A stretch of 64,000 nt of DNA. It comes from Promethearchaeota archaeon (lineage in GTDB: Archaea > Asgardarchaeota > Lokiarchaeia > Sigyniarchaeales > SOKP01). Under the pieces are notes generated by a model. The model was not told where the DNA came from, made no database searches, and worked only from the letters and a program-made list of their open reading frames with translations. The translations under genes and the position numbers were made by a program. The stretch lies in NCBI GenBank assembly GCA_016839555.1, contig JAEOUA010000008.1:262372-326371 (forward strand), read 5' to 3'. Numbering within the stretch: position 1 is the first letter of the stretch; each line of letters starts with the position of its first letter. This document shows, one piece after another, positions 38,825-48,604 of the stretch.

Positions 38825-39649
38825 ATGAAACTAAAATATAGAATTAAACATTATTTAGTTAATAGCTTAGAGTTGTTTTTGAAAAACAAAGCTTTTATAG
38901 TGAATAAGGGATTAATAAAAGGTATCAAGATTAAGGGAACACGTGGGTTTTATTATAGTAAATATATTTTCTTTTTAAATAAAGAGGAAAGTGCAGAAGA
39001 ACTTTTTTTTCAGGAATTACCTTTAAAAAATAAAATAGTATATGATATTGGAGCTCATATTGGAGTATTTACTATGTTCTTTTCTAAAAAAGTTGGAAGA
39101 AATGGGAAGGTAATAAGCTTTGAACCAAACAAAAATTCGTTTAAAACTTTAAAAGAACATATAAAAATCAATAGAAAAGAACTCTACAATAATATTAAAA
39201 TTTTTAATAAGGGTATTGGAAATAAAACTGAAACACGGAAATTAAAATTTTCACAACATTTTAGTGCTACCGGAAGTATAGTTAAGACAATTCAAAATAA
39301 CTTGGCAAAAAGACATCCAAATTTAAAAGAAATGGATGTAAAAATAGATTCTTTAGATAATATTATAAAAAATTATAAAATCCCCGCACCAGATTTCATA
39401 AAAATTGATGTTGAAGGGATGGAATATTTTGTTCTAAAGGGAATGATTTCTACTATTATTAAAAATAAAAAACCATATTTGTATATTGAGGTACATAATG
39501 TTAATGGAGAAGAAAAATTAAAGAATATTAAGCGAATTTTCGATTTATTACAAAAATATAATTATAAAATTTTTCATATTGAATCAAAAGAATATTTAAC
39601 CCATAAAAATTATGAGATTGGGAGCAGTGGTCATTTATACTGCATATAA
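38825..39649 (+). CDS. FkbM family SAM-dependent methyltransferase
   Basis: YDIGAHIG, SFEP, FIKIDVEGME. Confidence 0.88.
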   Translation: MKLKYRIKHYLVNSLELFLKNKAFIVNKGLIKGIKIKGTRGFYYSKYIFFLNKEESAEELFFQELPLKNKIVYDIGAHIGVFTMFFSKKVGRNGKVISFEPNKNSFKTLKEHIKINRKELYNNIKIFNKGIGNKTETRKLKFSQHFSATGSIVKTIQNNLAKRHPNLKEMDVKIDSLDNIIKNYKIPAPDFIKIDVEGMEYFVLKGMISTIIKNKKPYLYIEVHNVNGEEKLKNIKRIFDLLQKYNYKIFHIESKEYLTHKNYEIGSSGHLYCI

Positions 39650-39939
39650 TTGATAATCATCATGATAATTATTAATTCTTTAAAAAAATATTAATATAAT
39701 CATACTTTTTATAGATATTACCAATAAAAAAGAGAATTTAATTAAGTGGATGAGTGAAATTTTAGATTTATAAAGCTATCTTCTATAAAATTATTAAAAG
39801 CATTGAGTTGGAGTTTTAATAATATTTATTAAAATTAATATTTTTTATGAATTTAGAATAGGAGGTATCTAAATTATTCTAAAATTAATATCTATACTAT
39901 AAGATTATATCAAAAATAAGAGGAGGGTTTTATAATTAT

Positions 39940-40920
39940 ATGTACTTATTATTATCACATTTTGATAATGTGTTAGGACCAAAAATTTTTAAATCATTAC
40001 CGGAAAAATTAGAGAGAGATTTAGAGAAAGAAGTTTTAGAATATATGAAGATTAATGTGGAAAAAGGTTTTATCGTAGGTATATCCAGCTCTCCAGATAA
40101 AAAAATTAAAATAATCAATTATCTTTTTGAAGTGCCATCTAAATTAGCCAGAGGAAATAATGAAACATTAATGATCTCCTTAATTGTAGAAAAAAATTAT
40201 AGAGTTGAAATGTTCCAAGAAAAATTAAAAGAATTAGGTAATGAAATAATTAATACTCCTAATATTTATAAAGCTTTTTACCAAAAAACTATTAAAAATT
40301 CTCCAGATAAAGGAATTAGTAATGCAATTACTAGATTAGATGAAATTTTATCTGCATTTTTTAAAATAATTTCAAAGCTAATCGATAATCCAGATTTAGG
40401 TGATTTTCTGATAATAGGCATTTCAAAAGTAGGGAAAAGTACAATAATTCATTATTTAAAATCAAAGGTATATAATCCTGATATAAAACCCACTCTCGCA
40501 TTAAAAGTAATTCGAATGATATTAAATGATAATATTTTTAAAATTATTGATGTGAGTGGTCAGAAACGCTTACGTTTTCAATGGTGGACCTATACAAAAA
40601 AGCCTACTGCAATCATATTTGTTATCGACATAAATGATTCAATTAAACATCTTAAAGAATCAAAAAAAGAACTCTTTAAAGTAAAAAACCATCTTTTTAA
40701 TGAATATGATAAATTACCTCAAGATGTTCCTATTTTGATATGTTTAAATAAAATTGATTTATTTAGTAATTATAAGCAAAAAGAGAGTGAAATTTATGAA
40801 CTTTTAAACCTTGAGAATTTAAATTTAAATTATAAAGTGCAGCTAACCAGTGCAAAAACAGGGCAAGGAATTCAGGAGGGATGTACCTGGATTTTCCAGG
40901 AGCTACTTAAAATACATTAG
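39940..40920 (+). CDS. Longin/uDENN-like domain fused to an Arf/Rag-like small GTPase
   Basis: N-terminal HFDNVLGP...RG module; G1 GISKVGKST, G2 PT, G3 DVSGQ, G4 NKID, G5 SAK. Confidence 0.8.
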   Translation: MYLLLSHFDNVLGPKIFKSLPEKLERDLEKEVLEYMKINVEKGFIVGISSSPDKKIKIINYLFEVPSKLARGNNETLMISLIVEKNYRVEMFQEKLKELGNEIINTPNIYKAFYQKTIKNSPDKGISNAITRLDEILSAFFKIISKLIDNPDLGDFLIIGISKVGKSTIIHYLKSKVYNPDIKPTLALKVIRMILNDNIFKIIDVSGQKRLRFQWWTYTKKPTAIIFVIDINDSIKHLKESKKELFKVKNHLFNEYDKLPQDVPILICLNKIDLFSNYKQKESEIYELLNLENLNLNYKVQLTSAKTGQGIQEGCTWIFQELLKIH

Positions 40921-40945
40921 AAAATATAAAAAATATTCCGTCAAT

Positions 40946-43027
40946 CTAATTAATTAAGGTGAAATCAAATGAATTAACTATTTCTGTAAATTTACTAAAT
41001 ATTCCAACATTCCCAGAAAAATATTTTAATTCAGTGGAATATTCTTTCCAAAATCGCTTATAAATTATTTCTAACATTTTATTGACTGTCTTTGCGGCAC
41101 TTTTTAGGGAAGATCGCCCAAGAATGAAAAAATTATAGCCTTCTTCTTGATATATTGTATATCTATCTTTTCCAATAATTATAGATTTAAGTTCTTGCTG
41201 AGTGACTTGGATACTTAATTGTTTTAAAGCTGTTAAAAAACCCCCAATTAAATCATGATCTATGCCAGTTTCTGGGGCATAAGAATAAATTAATAAACCA
41301 GAATCACCAGAAAAAATCCATATTTCTTTTAATTCTCCTAATGGATATATTTTTTTTGGTTTTCTTTCTCGAAAATTTTCCAATTTTTTGGAAAGAGCAT
41401 TAATTTCTTGAGATATTTTAGAGATTTTTACTTTATTATTTTGTTTCGCATATATTTTCTTTATTGCTTTCAATAATGTAATATCCTCATAAATAGAAGT
41501 AGATAGGCTTTTAAATATATTATGCGCTTTCAATAATTTGGTTAATCCTTTCTGCTCATCACCTCTTGAAATCAAGGCCATTCCTAATTCTTTATATAAA
41601 ATTGCCTTTGTAAATAAATCAATAAAAATACTTTTTTCATACTCTGTAAGAAATTCAGTTATAATTTCGACATTTTCTTTGTGTTGTCCTTTATTTGCTT
41701 GTTTCTTAATTATTTTTAACAAGATGTTTACTATGTTTAAAATTTTTTTGCTTTTTCTTGCACTATCATATGCCAAATACAAATATTTAATCACTTCATC
41801 GTCATTATTTAATAATTCATTGATATTAGAAAGGTAAGAATAGATTTGAGTAAGAATGTCCCATTCCTCTAATTTTATGAGGCTTTGTGAAGATTTCTTG
41901 AAATATTTAAGTGATTTTTTTAAAGGAGATTTAAATTCTTGCTCATTATAGATATATATATTATTAGTATTTCGAAAAGCAATTCGGTAATTAATTATAC
42001 CTAATTCATAATAAAGATGTGCTATTTGCTTTTGTTTGGTTTTTATATTCTCCTCTTCAATTAAATCCAAGGCTCTCAAGAATTTCTGCTCTGCTGCATT
42101 GAAATCCATCATATAATTTAGTGTTTTTCCATAAATTGTATAAAAACGTAATTTATTTATGTGCTTTAATCGATATAATTCTAATTCTCTTAATTTGTCT
42201 AATGCGTTCTCATAATTTTGATTTTTATAATAGCAAAACGCATCCATAAAGCTACTTATTTCCCGAAACCTTTCATGATCAAATCTATTTGCTAATTTTT
42301 GTAATTTTTTAAAATATTTTTGTGCGTTTTTAAATCGTTTCTGCTGAGCAAAAATTGACCCGATTAAGTAAACTACCTCCATCACTAAGCGATCTTGCCT
42401 TTCTTGTTTAAATTTTGCTAATATTTTCTTCAATAATTCATATGCTTGAACATAACTTGATTTTTTGAAGAGATTTACCGCCGCTTTAAAATCCTCAACA
42501 GCCGCAGTATAAGAATAATATTCACTTATTTCCGGCTCTGATTCTTTTTCATATTCTATGAGCTCAAATTTATTTTTAATTTTTTGATAATAATTTTCAA
42601 GAGGAAGAAATTTTTCTTGAGGAGAATCTTGAGTATGACAGTAATCTTGAGATATTTTTAATAAGATATCATCAAAAATCTCTAATTGTTTTTTAGTATA
42701 AAAATCAGGAGCTAACAAGACCACAATAAAAGGCTGAAACCCCCCTCTAACTTCGGGATTTGGAATAGAATCTAGTAATACTTTTGCCTTTTTATTGATT
42801 TTTCTCACTGGGAGCATAAAAGAGGCTCTTTCAAATTTAGTCTCTGGTATATCCCAAAAATATTCGTATGCGGTAAAAATCTGAATTGCTAAATCTTCAA
42901 TGTCACCTATATTGACTCTCGGATATAAATCAGCTATTTTTGGGCCAATCTCCTCATCCCAAATGGAAATAAAACAAGGATTTTCTTTAGGATATTGGAT
43001 TATAGGGTATTTTTTTTCTGATGTCAA
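40946..43027 (-). CDS. uDENN-like + TPR + C-terminal longin-like protein, paralog A
   Basis: WDEEIGP...RGG N-terminal module; TPR-like helices; SGLLIYSY...LIGGFLTAL C-terminal module. Confidence 0.75.
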   Translation of the reverse strand: MTSEKKYPIIQYPKENPCFISIWDEEIGPKIADLYPRVNIGDIEDLAIQIFTAYEYFWDIPETKFERASFMLPVRKINKKAKVLLDSIPNPEVRGGFQPFIVVLLAPDFYTKKQLEIFDDILLKISQDYCHTQDSPQEKFLPLENYYQKIKNKFELIEYEKESEPEISEYYSYTAAVEDFKAAVNLFKKSSYVQAYELLKKILAKFKQERQDRLVMEVVYLIGSIFAQQKRFKNAQKYFKKLQKLANRFDHERFREISSFMDAFCYYKNQNYENALDKLRELELYRLKHINKLRFYTIYGKTLNYMMDFNAAEQKFLRALDLIEEENIKTKQKQIAHLYYELGIINYRIAFRNTNNIYIYNEQEFKSPLKKSLKYFKKSSQSLIKLEEWDILTQIYSYLSNINELLNNDDEVIKYLYLAYDSARKSKKILNIVNILLKIIKKQANKGQHKENVEIITEFLTEYEKSIFIDLFTKAILYKELGMALISRGDEQKGLTKLLKAHNIFKSLSTSIYEDITLLKAIKKIYAKQNNKVKISKISQEINALSKKLENFRERKPKKIYPLGELKEIWIFSGDSGLLIYSYAPETGIDHDLIGGFLTALKQLSIQVTQQELKSIIIGKDRYTIYQEEGYNFFILGRSSLKSAAKTVNKMLEIIYKRFWKEYSTELKYFSGNVGIFSKFTEIVNSFDFTLIN

Positions 43028-43241
43028 AAATATTTCTTCTCATTCTTCCATTTCTTATTATTATAAGATTTTATCATTATATAATACTTTATTCTTTATT
43101 TTAAAAAATGCTTTCAAAATTTCTTTCCAGTTTTCTATTACTTTTAAAATTTAATAGGAACTCATTAAATATTAAATACTTGAAGATATTCATTCCTAGT
43201 GGTTTTTATTAAAAAATTACTTTTTCATATCAATATCACAG

Positions 43242-43300
43242 AATTACTAATTAAGATAATATTTTTATTTAAAAAGCCTTTAATTACTAATTAAGATAAT
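43242..43300. repeat. 19-bp direct repeat AATTACTAATTAAGATAAT x2 flanking a TATA-like element
   Basis: Copies at 43242-43260 and 43282-43300; TATTTAAAAA lies between them. Confidence 0.75.
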
Positions 43301-43492
43301 TAGCTATCTTCTAAAAAAATGCAAAGTAAAAATAGAGATAGAGAAGCAGAGATCTGGATAAAATATTGCGATGATTGTATAAGAACTAAAATTGGTAATA
43401 AAAAGAATTCTAAGGCAAATAAAAACAAAACTTAAGATTTTAAGGGAGAGCTATTTTTATTTTTCTCTCAATTCTTTTATAATTAATTTTAG

Positions 43493-43515
43493 AGACTTCT
43501 TATTTTAAGAAGTCT
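43493..43515. terminator. 10-bp stem hairpin downstream of 43530-45551
   Basis: AGACTTCTTA-TTT-TAAGAAGTCT. Confidence 0.4.
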
Positions 43516-43529
43516 ATCAATTAAATAAG

Positions 43530-45551
43530 TCATAAATTAACTAATATATCAATAAACTTTCCAAATGAATTTTGGTCATATTCTTCACTTTCTATGATTG
43601 AACCAAAATTTTCTTCAAAACTTCTAAAGATTTTCTTGAGAAGATATCGTATGGTTTTTTCAGAATGATTAACACTTGCTCTCCCAACAATAATATATTT
43701 TTTGTCAACTTTTCCATATATGAGATACTGATCAAACCCTAATTTTATAGCATTTAACTGTTCAGAGGCCATCTCGAAACTAAAATTACGTAAAGCTGTT
43801 AAAAATCCACTAAGAAGTTGAGGATCTGAGCTAGATTCAGGAGCATAAGAAAACAATTCTTCTCCTTGAGTTGTAAAAATCCATATATCTTTAATAGTAT
43901 TAAGAACATGTAGTTTAGTTTGTTCTTTTTCAAAAATATCTAATTTTTGTAGATATTCTTTATATTTTTCTTTATAATACTCTAAAAAATTAACTTCATT
44001 AATCTTTGAATATACTTTTATTATATTTTTAAGGAGTTTTAATCCTTCTTCTCTCGGATTTTCAAGTTCATTATATATATTTAAAGCAATTAAAAATTCG
44101 GATAAACACTCTTTCATATATCCCATTTTGAAGTATAATTCTCCTAATTTAGTATGATATCGTGCGATGGTGGGAAGATCCATAAAGGCATAAGTTTTGA
44201 TTTTATAGAGGATCTCATCAATTTCTTTTATCAATTGATATTGTTTACCTAAAATCATTAGATCATTGATTACTAAATCAAATAATTTCATTCTACTTAA
44301 TACATCATTGTTTTCTTCAGTATATCTTATTGCTTTTCTATAATAAATAATCGCCATCGTAGGATCTCCCATTTTTTCATATAAATTTCCGATGATTTGA
44401 TGTGATATTATTAAATTGGTATAATCATTAAGTTCCAATAAAAATTCATTTGCCTTTTCATAATAATCTATGATCTTTTTAAGATCGTTTTCATAAATAG
44501 TTCCACTAAAATTGCTTAGCATTTTTTCCGTCGTATTAAAAAAATAAGAATGCCCCATTTCGAAATATAGTTTTGCTAATTTATTTTTCTTTTTCTTGTC
44601 TACACCCTCAATTTCTATATTTTCTATTGCTTTATTAAATATCTTTATCGCCTTGGAGTATTTTTTCAAAAGTCTTAATAATCTTCCATATAAAAAATAC
44701 AAATCAAAACGATTAATGAATTCAAGATTAGATGAATCTAATTTCTCATATATTTTAAGCGCAAGATCATAATATTTCATCTTATAAGCACAAAAGGCAG
44801 TCATAAAGGACGCCTTTTCATAATATTTTTGATGATCTAATTTTTTTGCTAAAATCTCTAATTCTTTAAAATAATCAATAGCAATATTGAATTTATTCAA
44901 TTTACTTAAAATAGTCGCTAAAAAATATGTGGAGTCAAGTAATAGTCTAATATTATTCTCATTTTTAAATTTCAAATATGATTTTTTAATTATAAAATAG
45001 GAGATTTTATATGCTTTATTAGAAAAAAGTTTTAAACCTTTTTTAAAATCTTCTAAGGCTTCATTTTCAGTATAGTCAGTATCTAATATAATTTCTGAAT
45101 CTTGGAGTTTTTGTTTTAAATTAAATTTAGAATAGATCCTCTCAAAATAGTTTTTTAATTCAAGTGTACGGTTTTTTCGAAATTGTTGATTTAGTAATTG
45201 AAGTTCATCGTCGAAATCTTTAATTTGATCGCTCGGAAAATAATCTGGCAACAAAATCACAATAATATATGGCTTAATATCACCAATAGATTCTCCAGAA
45301 TGAAAAGCATCAATTAAAACACTCGCAAATTTATCTTTTTCTTTAATAGGTAATTGAAACAGCGTTTTTTTATATTTTTTCGATTCTTCTGACATATAAA
45401 AATTTTCAAAAAACAGAAAAATTTTCCAGGCTAATTGTTCTAAATCATAATCAAAAATTATATTAGGATGATGTTCTAATATTTTAACACTTCTCATTTT
45501 ATCCCATTCCCCAATGAATAAAACAAGTTCTTCTTCTAGCATTTTTCTCAA
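43530..45551 (-). CDS. uDENN-like + TPR + C-terminal longin-like protein, paralog B
   Basis: Same architecture as 40946-43027 (IWIF..G..FSYAPE...LLSGFLTAL). Confidence 0.75.
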   Translation of the reverse strand: MRKMLEEELVLFIGEWDKMRSVKILEHHPNIIFDYDLEQLAWKIFLFFENFYMSEESKKYKKTLFQLPIKEKDKFASVLIDAFHSGESIGDIKPYIIVILLPDYFPSDQIKDFDDELQLLNQQFRKNRTLELKNYFERIYSKFNLKQKLQDSEIILDTDYTENEALEDFKKGLKLFSNKAYKISYFIIKKSYLKFKNENNIRLLLDSTYFLATILSKLNKFNIAIDYFKELEILAKKLDHQKYYEKASFMTAFCAYKMKYYDLALKIYEKLDSSNLEFINRFDLYFLYGRLLRLLKKYSKAIKIFNKAIENIEIEGVDKKKKNKLAKLYFEMGHSYFFNTTEKMLSNFSGTIYENDLKKIIDYYEKANEFLLELNDYTNLIISHQIIGNLYEKMGDPTMAIIYYRKAIRYTEENNDVLSRMKLFDLVINDLMILGKQYQLIKEIDEILYKIKTYAFMDLPTIARYHTKLGELYFKMGYMKECLSEFLIALNIYNELENPREEGLKLLKNIIKVYSKINEVNFLEYYKEKYKEYLQKLDIFEKEQTKLHVLNTIKDIWIFTTQGEELFSYAPESSSDPQLLSGFLTALRNFSFEMASEQLNAIKLGFDQYLIYGKVDKKYIIVGRASVNHSEKTIRYLLKKIFRSFEENFGSIIESEEYDQNSFGKFIDILVNL

Positions 45552-45672
45552 ATCAATATAAAATCTTTTAAACCATTTAAACTAATTAATTTATGTGAAT
45601 GAATATTTATAATTTTAAATTTTTGTATCAGATAAATAAGAATTTTCAAAAAATCTAAAAGAGGAATCAAAT

Positions 45673-46608
45673 CTGAAAAAAAAATCCCGTGGACTCAAAA
45701 AAGAATTAGGTAAAATTGAAAAAAATTTATCAATACTGCTCGTAGAAGATAATGAAGATATTCTGTATATTATTAAAAATATTTTAGAATATCATAAATA
45801 TAAGGTAATCCTTGCCAAAAATGGAAAAGAGGCATTAAAAGTACTTTCTGAAATAGAAAATACTCCTGATCTTATTATATCTGATATTATGATGCCCACG
45901 ATGAATGGGTATGATTTTTTTAAAACTATTTCTAAAGATCCACAATATTTACAAATTCCTTTTATATTTCTCTCGGCCTTAGATTCTCCAGAAGATGTTA
46001 GATTAGGAAAGCTCTTAGGTGTAGATGATTATCTTACGAAACCAGTTAATGAGGATGACCTATTAGCTACGATAGAAGGTAAAATCTCTAGGAATAAAAA
46101 AAGAGTACAAATCTCTGATGAATTAAAAGAATTTTTTCTGTCTCAAGAAACTGAAATGAAAGAACAAATCTCAGAGAAACAAAAAAGTCAGGTTTACATA
46201 TTAAGAGTGGATTGGGATGATAAGTTTGGTCCTAATTTAGTCGAAAACTATCCAAAAGAGTCAAATTTACCTCTAAAAAAAATAGGAAATCAATTATTTC
46301 AGGCTATTAGCACAATTTATGGACAGCAGAGTTTAACGGAGGCAGAAGGAATTCTTATTAATATAGAAAATTTCAAAATTGCAGGTTATTCATTATTTAA
46401 TTCATATATAGATAAGCAATCAAGAGGTGGAGAAAAAGAATTTATGCTTGCTGTAATTGCTCCTAGTATATCATACTTTCAATCATTACAAATTAAAAAA
46501 ATCTTATTAAATATGTCCAATTACATCAAACAAAAAAAAGAACTTAATTTTAAAGAGGTTTGGGGAAAAATCACAAAAATTCTTATCTCCTTACCATTAC
46601 AGCAATGA
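45673..46608 (+). CDS. Response-regulator receiver domain fused to a longin/uDENN-like domain
   Basis: In-frame sequence upstream of track start 45889 encodes ILLVEDNED...PDLIISDIMMP; FLSA and YLTKP; C-terminal WDDKFGP...RGG; likely CTG start at 45673 after GAGGA. Confidence 0.8.
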   Translation: MKKKSRGLKKELGKIEKNLSILLVEDNEDILYIIKNILEYHKYKVILAKNGKEALKVLSEIENTPDLIISDIMMPTMNGYDFFKTISKDPQYLQIPFIFLSALDSPEDVRLGKLLGVDDYLTKPVNEDDLLATIEGKISRNKKRVQISDELKEFFLSQETEMKEQISEKQKSQVYILRVDWDDKFGPNLVENYPKESNLPLKKIGNQLFQAISTIYGQQSLTEAEGILINIENFKIAGYSLFNSYIDKQSRGGEKEFMLAVIAPSISYFQSLQIKKILLNMSNYIKQKKELNFKEVWGKITKILISLPLQQ

Positions 46609-46776
46609 AGAATTATTTTATTTGCAGAGAAATTCTATTCTTTATCTAGCGAATTCTTATATATGCTATGAAGTTTAATAATATAAAATATTGAGATTAT
46701 GTTATAATGATCAAAACTATTATTAAGAACTTGATTATAATTAATTAATTAACAGAATATTTATCAATATTTTCAC

Positions 46777-48075
46777 ATGATTCACCTCCCATTATTGATA
46801 TTTATATTGGTGATCTTCGCATTAGTCATAGTAAGCTATAGTCTTGAGCGTATTGATTTCCTCTCAATTTCTATTGTTCTAAGTTTCCTCGCAGCAACTG
46901 TAACAGGATTGGTGCTTGAAAAAGATATTTTCGATTTTCTTAATTATATAAGCTTTGAAGCAATATTAGTAATATTAGGAATTAGCATAATAACTAAAAT
47001 TGCTCAAGATTCCAATATTTTGGAGTATATTGCGGTTAAATTATTTAAAGTTGCAAGAGGGAGAAGAAGAACTTTTTTTTATTTATTATGCACCCTTACC
47101 ACGCTTCTTGCAGCTGTAATCACAGATGTTGTTGTTATTATTATTTTAGCGCCTGTAGTTATACGTTTATGCCGATTTTTAAGGATTCAAGCAGGTACTT
47201 ATTTGATGGGAATGTCTATCTGTGTAAATATAGGTAGTACTATGACCCCCTTCTCAAGTGGAAAAAATATTATCATCTCAACCGCGTTTAATTTAGATAC
47301 TTTATATTTTATCCAATATTTTTGGATATTTGATGTAGTATTATTGGTTATAACCGTTTTTCTTATTGATCGGATATTTTTAACAAAGGAACCCCGTATA
47401 GAACAGCAACATAGAACATTATATTTAGAATTAATAAATGAGGATGTGATGGTGGAAAACAAAAAAATGTTTGTGTTTAATAGTATTGCGATACTGATTA
47501 CCATTATTCTACTTATTGTTTTACCGTTGATATATCTGACGGCTGTGTTTTCAGCTTTTATTTTAGTTATCATTAATAAAAATTATACTAAGAAGAAAGC
47601 TGCTGAATTTTTTAAAGAGATAGAGTGGGAAATTATTTTCTTTTTTATTTCTCTTTATTTAATAATTGGTTGTTTACTTGAAGCAGGATTTAAGGAACTC
47701 TTTGAACTATTGCCTTTTCAACAATTAAATCCACTCTTAATACCCATAATTGTGCTCATTTTTGTAAGTATCATTAGTGGGTTTGTAGCCAATAATCCAG
47801 TGGCTATTATCCTCTTACCAATAGTAGAAGTTCTCAGCTCCTCTGTAACTAGCACAATTCCATTATATTTCGCATTTATCTTTGGTTTAAGCCTCGGGGG
47901 AAATCTCATTCCGCAAGCGAGTTCGGTAAATATTATGACCTTAAAAGTAGCTAAGGATGCTAAAGTAGAAAATCTTAATTATAAAAGAAGTTTAAAGATG
48001 GGAGCCACCTTTACTTTTATCCATGTAGTACTTTCATTAGGATATACTATATTACTAAGCTTAATTTTTGGTTAA
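46777..48075 (+). CDS. ArsB/NhaD/SLC13-type ion transporter (IT superfamily)
   Basis: About 11-12 TM helices; NIGSTMTP....N, SGFVANNP, GGNLIP.AS..N. Confidence 0.8.
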   Translation: MIHLPLLIFILVIFALVIVSYSLERIDFLSISIVLSFLAATVTGLVLEKDIFDFLNYISFEAILVILGISIITKIAQDSNILEYIAVKLFKVARGRRRTFFYLLCTLTTLLAAVITDVVVIIILAPVVIRLCRFLRIQAGTYLMGMSICVNIGSTMTPFSSGKNIIISTAFNLDTLYFIQYFWIFDVVLLVITVFLIDRIFLTKEPRIEQQHRTLYLELINEDVMVENKKMFVFNSIAILITIILLIVLPLIYLTAVFSAFILVIINKNYTKKKAAEFFKEIEWEIIFFFISLYLIIGCLLEAGFKELFELLPFQQLNPLLIPIIVLIFVSIISGFVANNPVAIILLPIVEVLSSSVTSTIPLYFAFIFGLSLGGNLIPQASSVNIMTLKVAKDAKVENLNYKRSLKMGATFTFIHVVLSLGYTILLSLIFG

Positions 48076-48259
48076 AAATTTTAATCATAAGTTCCAATAT
48101 GAATATATATACAAAAATTAAAATAATATTATGGGCTAGAAGGATAGTTATAGTTGCTTAAAGATTTATTTTTTAACTTATAACTATAAAGTTTAAGTAC
48201 ATCTTTTTATTGATTTGAATTAATAAAATATTTATAGACTTAAAAGTGAAGATTAAAAC

Positions 48260-48397
48260 ATGAAATGGGAATGTATGGTTTGCGGATGGATTTATGATGA
48301 AGAAGAACAAGGAGTTAAGTTTGAGGATCAACCAGATGATTATGTATGTCCTGTTTGTGGTGCTTCAAAAGATCAATTCGAAAAAATTGAAGAATGA
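48260..48397 (+). CDS. Rubredoxin (45 aa, missed by the ORF track)
   Basis: [45 protein letters not shown]: two CxxCG knuckles. Confidence 0.95.
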   Translation: MKWECMVCGWIYDEEEQGVKFEDQPDDYVCPVCGASKDQFEKIEE

Positions 48398-48604
48398 AAA
48401 ATATATCTATCGTTACAATATTCTAGATCTTCTCTCAACAGAATAATTTAAATTGATTAACAAACATGGAAAACTTTTAAAATATAAGATAATTTTTATT
48501 ATCCTTATTTTTTTATTTTTATTTCTTTTTTTTATAATCTTTCAGATTGAAATAAAACAAAGGTAACTAAATAAAAGAAATAAGAAATAATACTTTTGTA
48601 AGAA

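Noticed and set aside
46777-48075. Second arsenic exporter arsB
   Set aside because: IT-superfamily fold is clear but the substrate cannot be assigned, and the gene is 16 kb from the ars cluster
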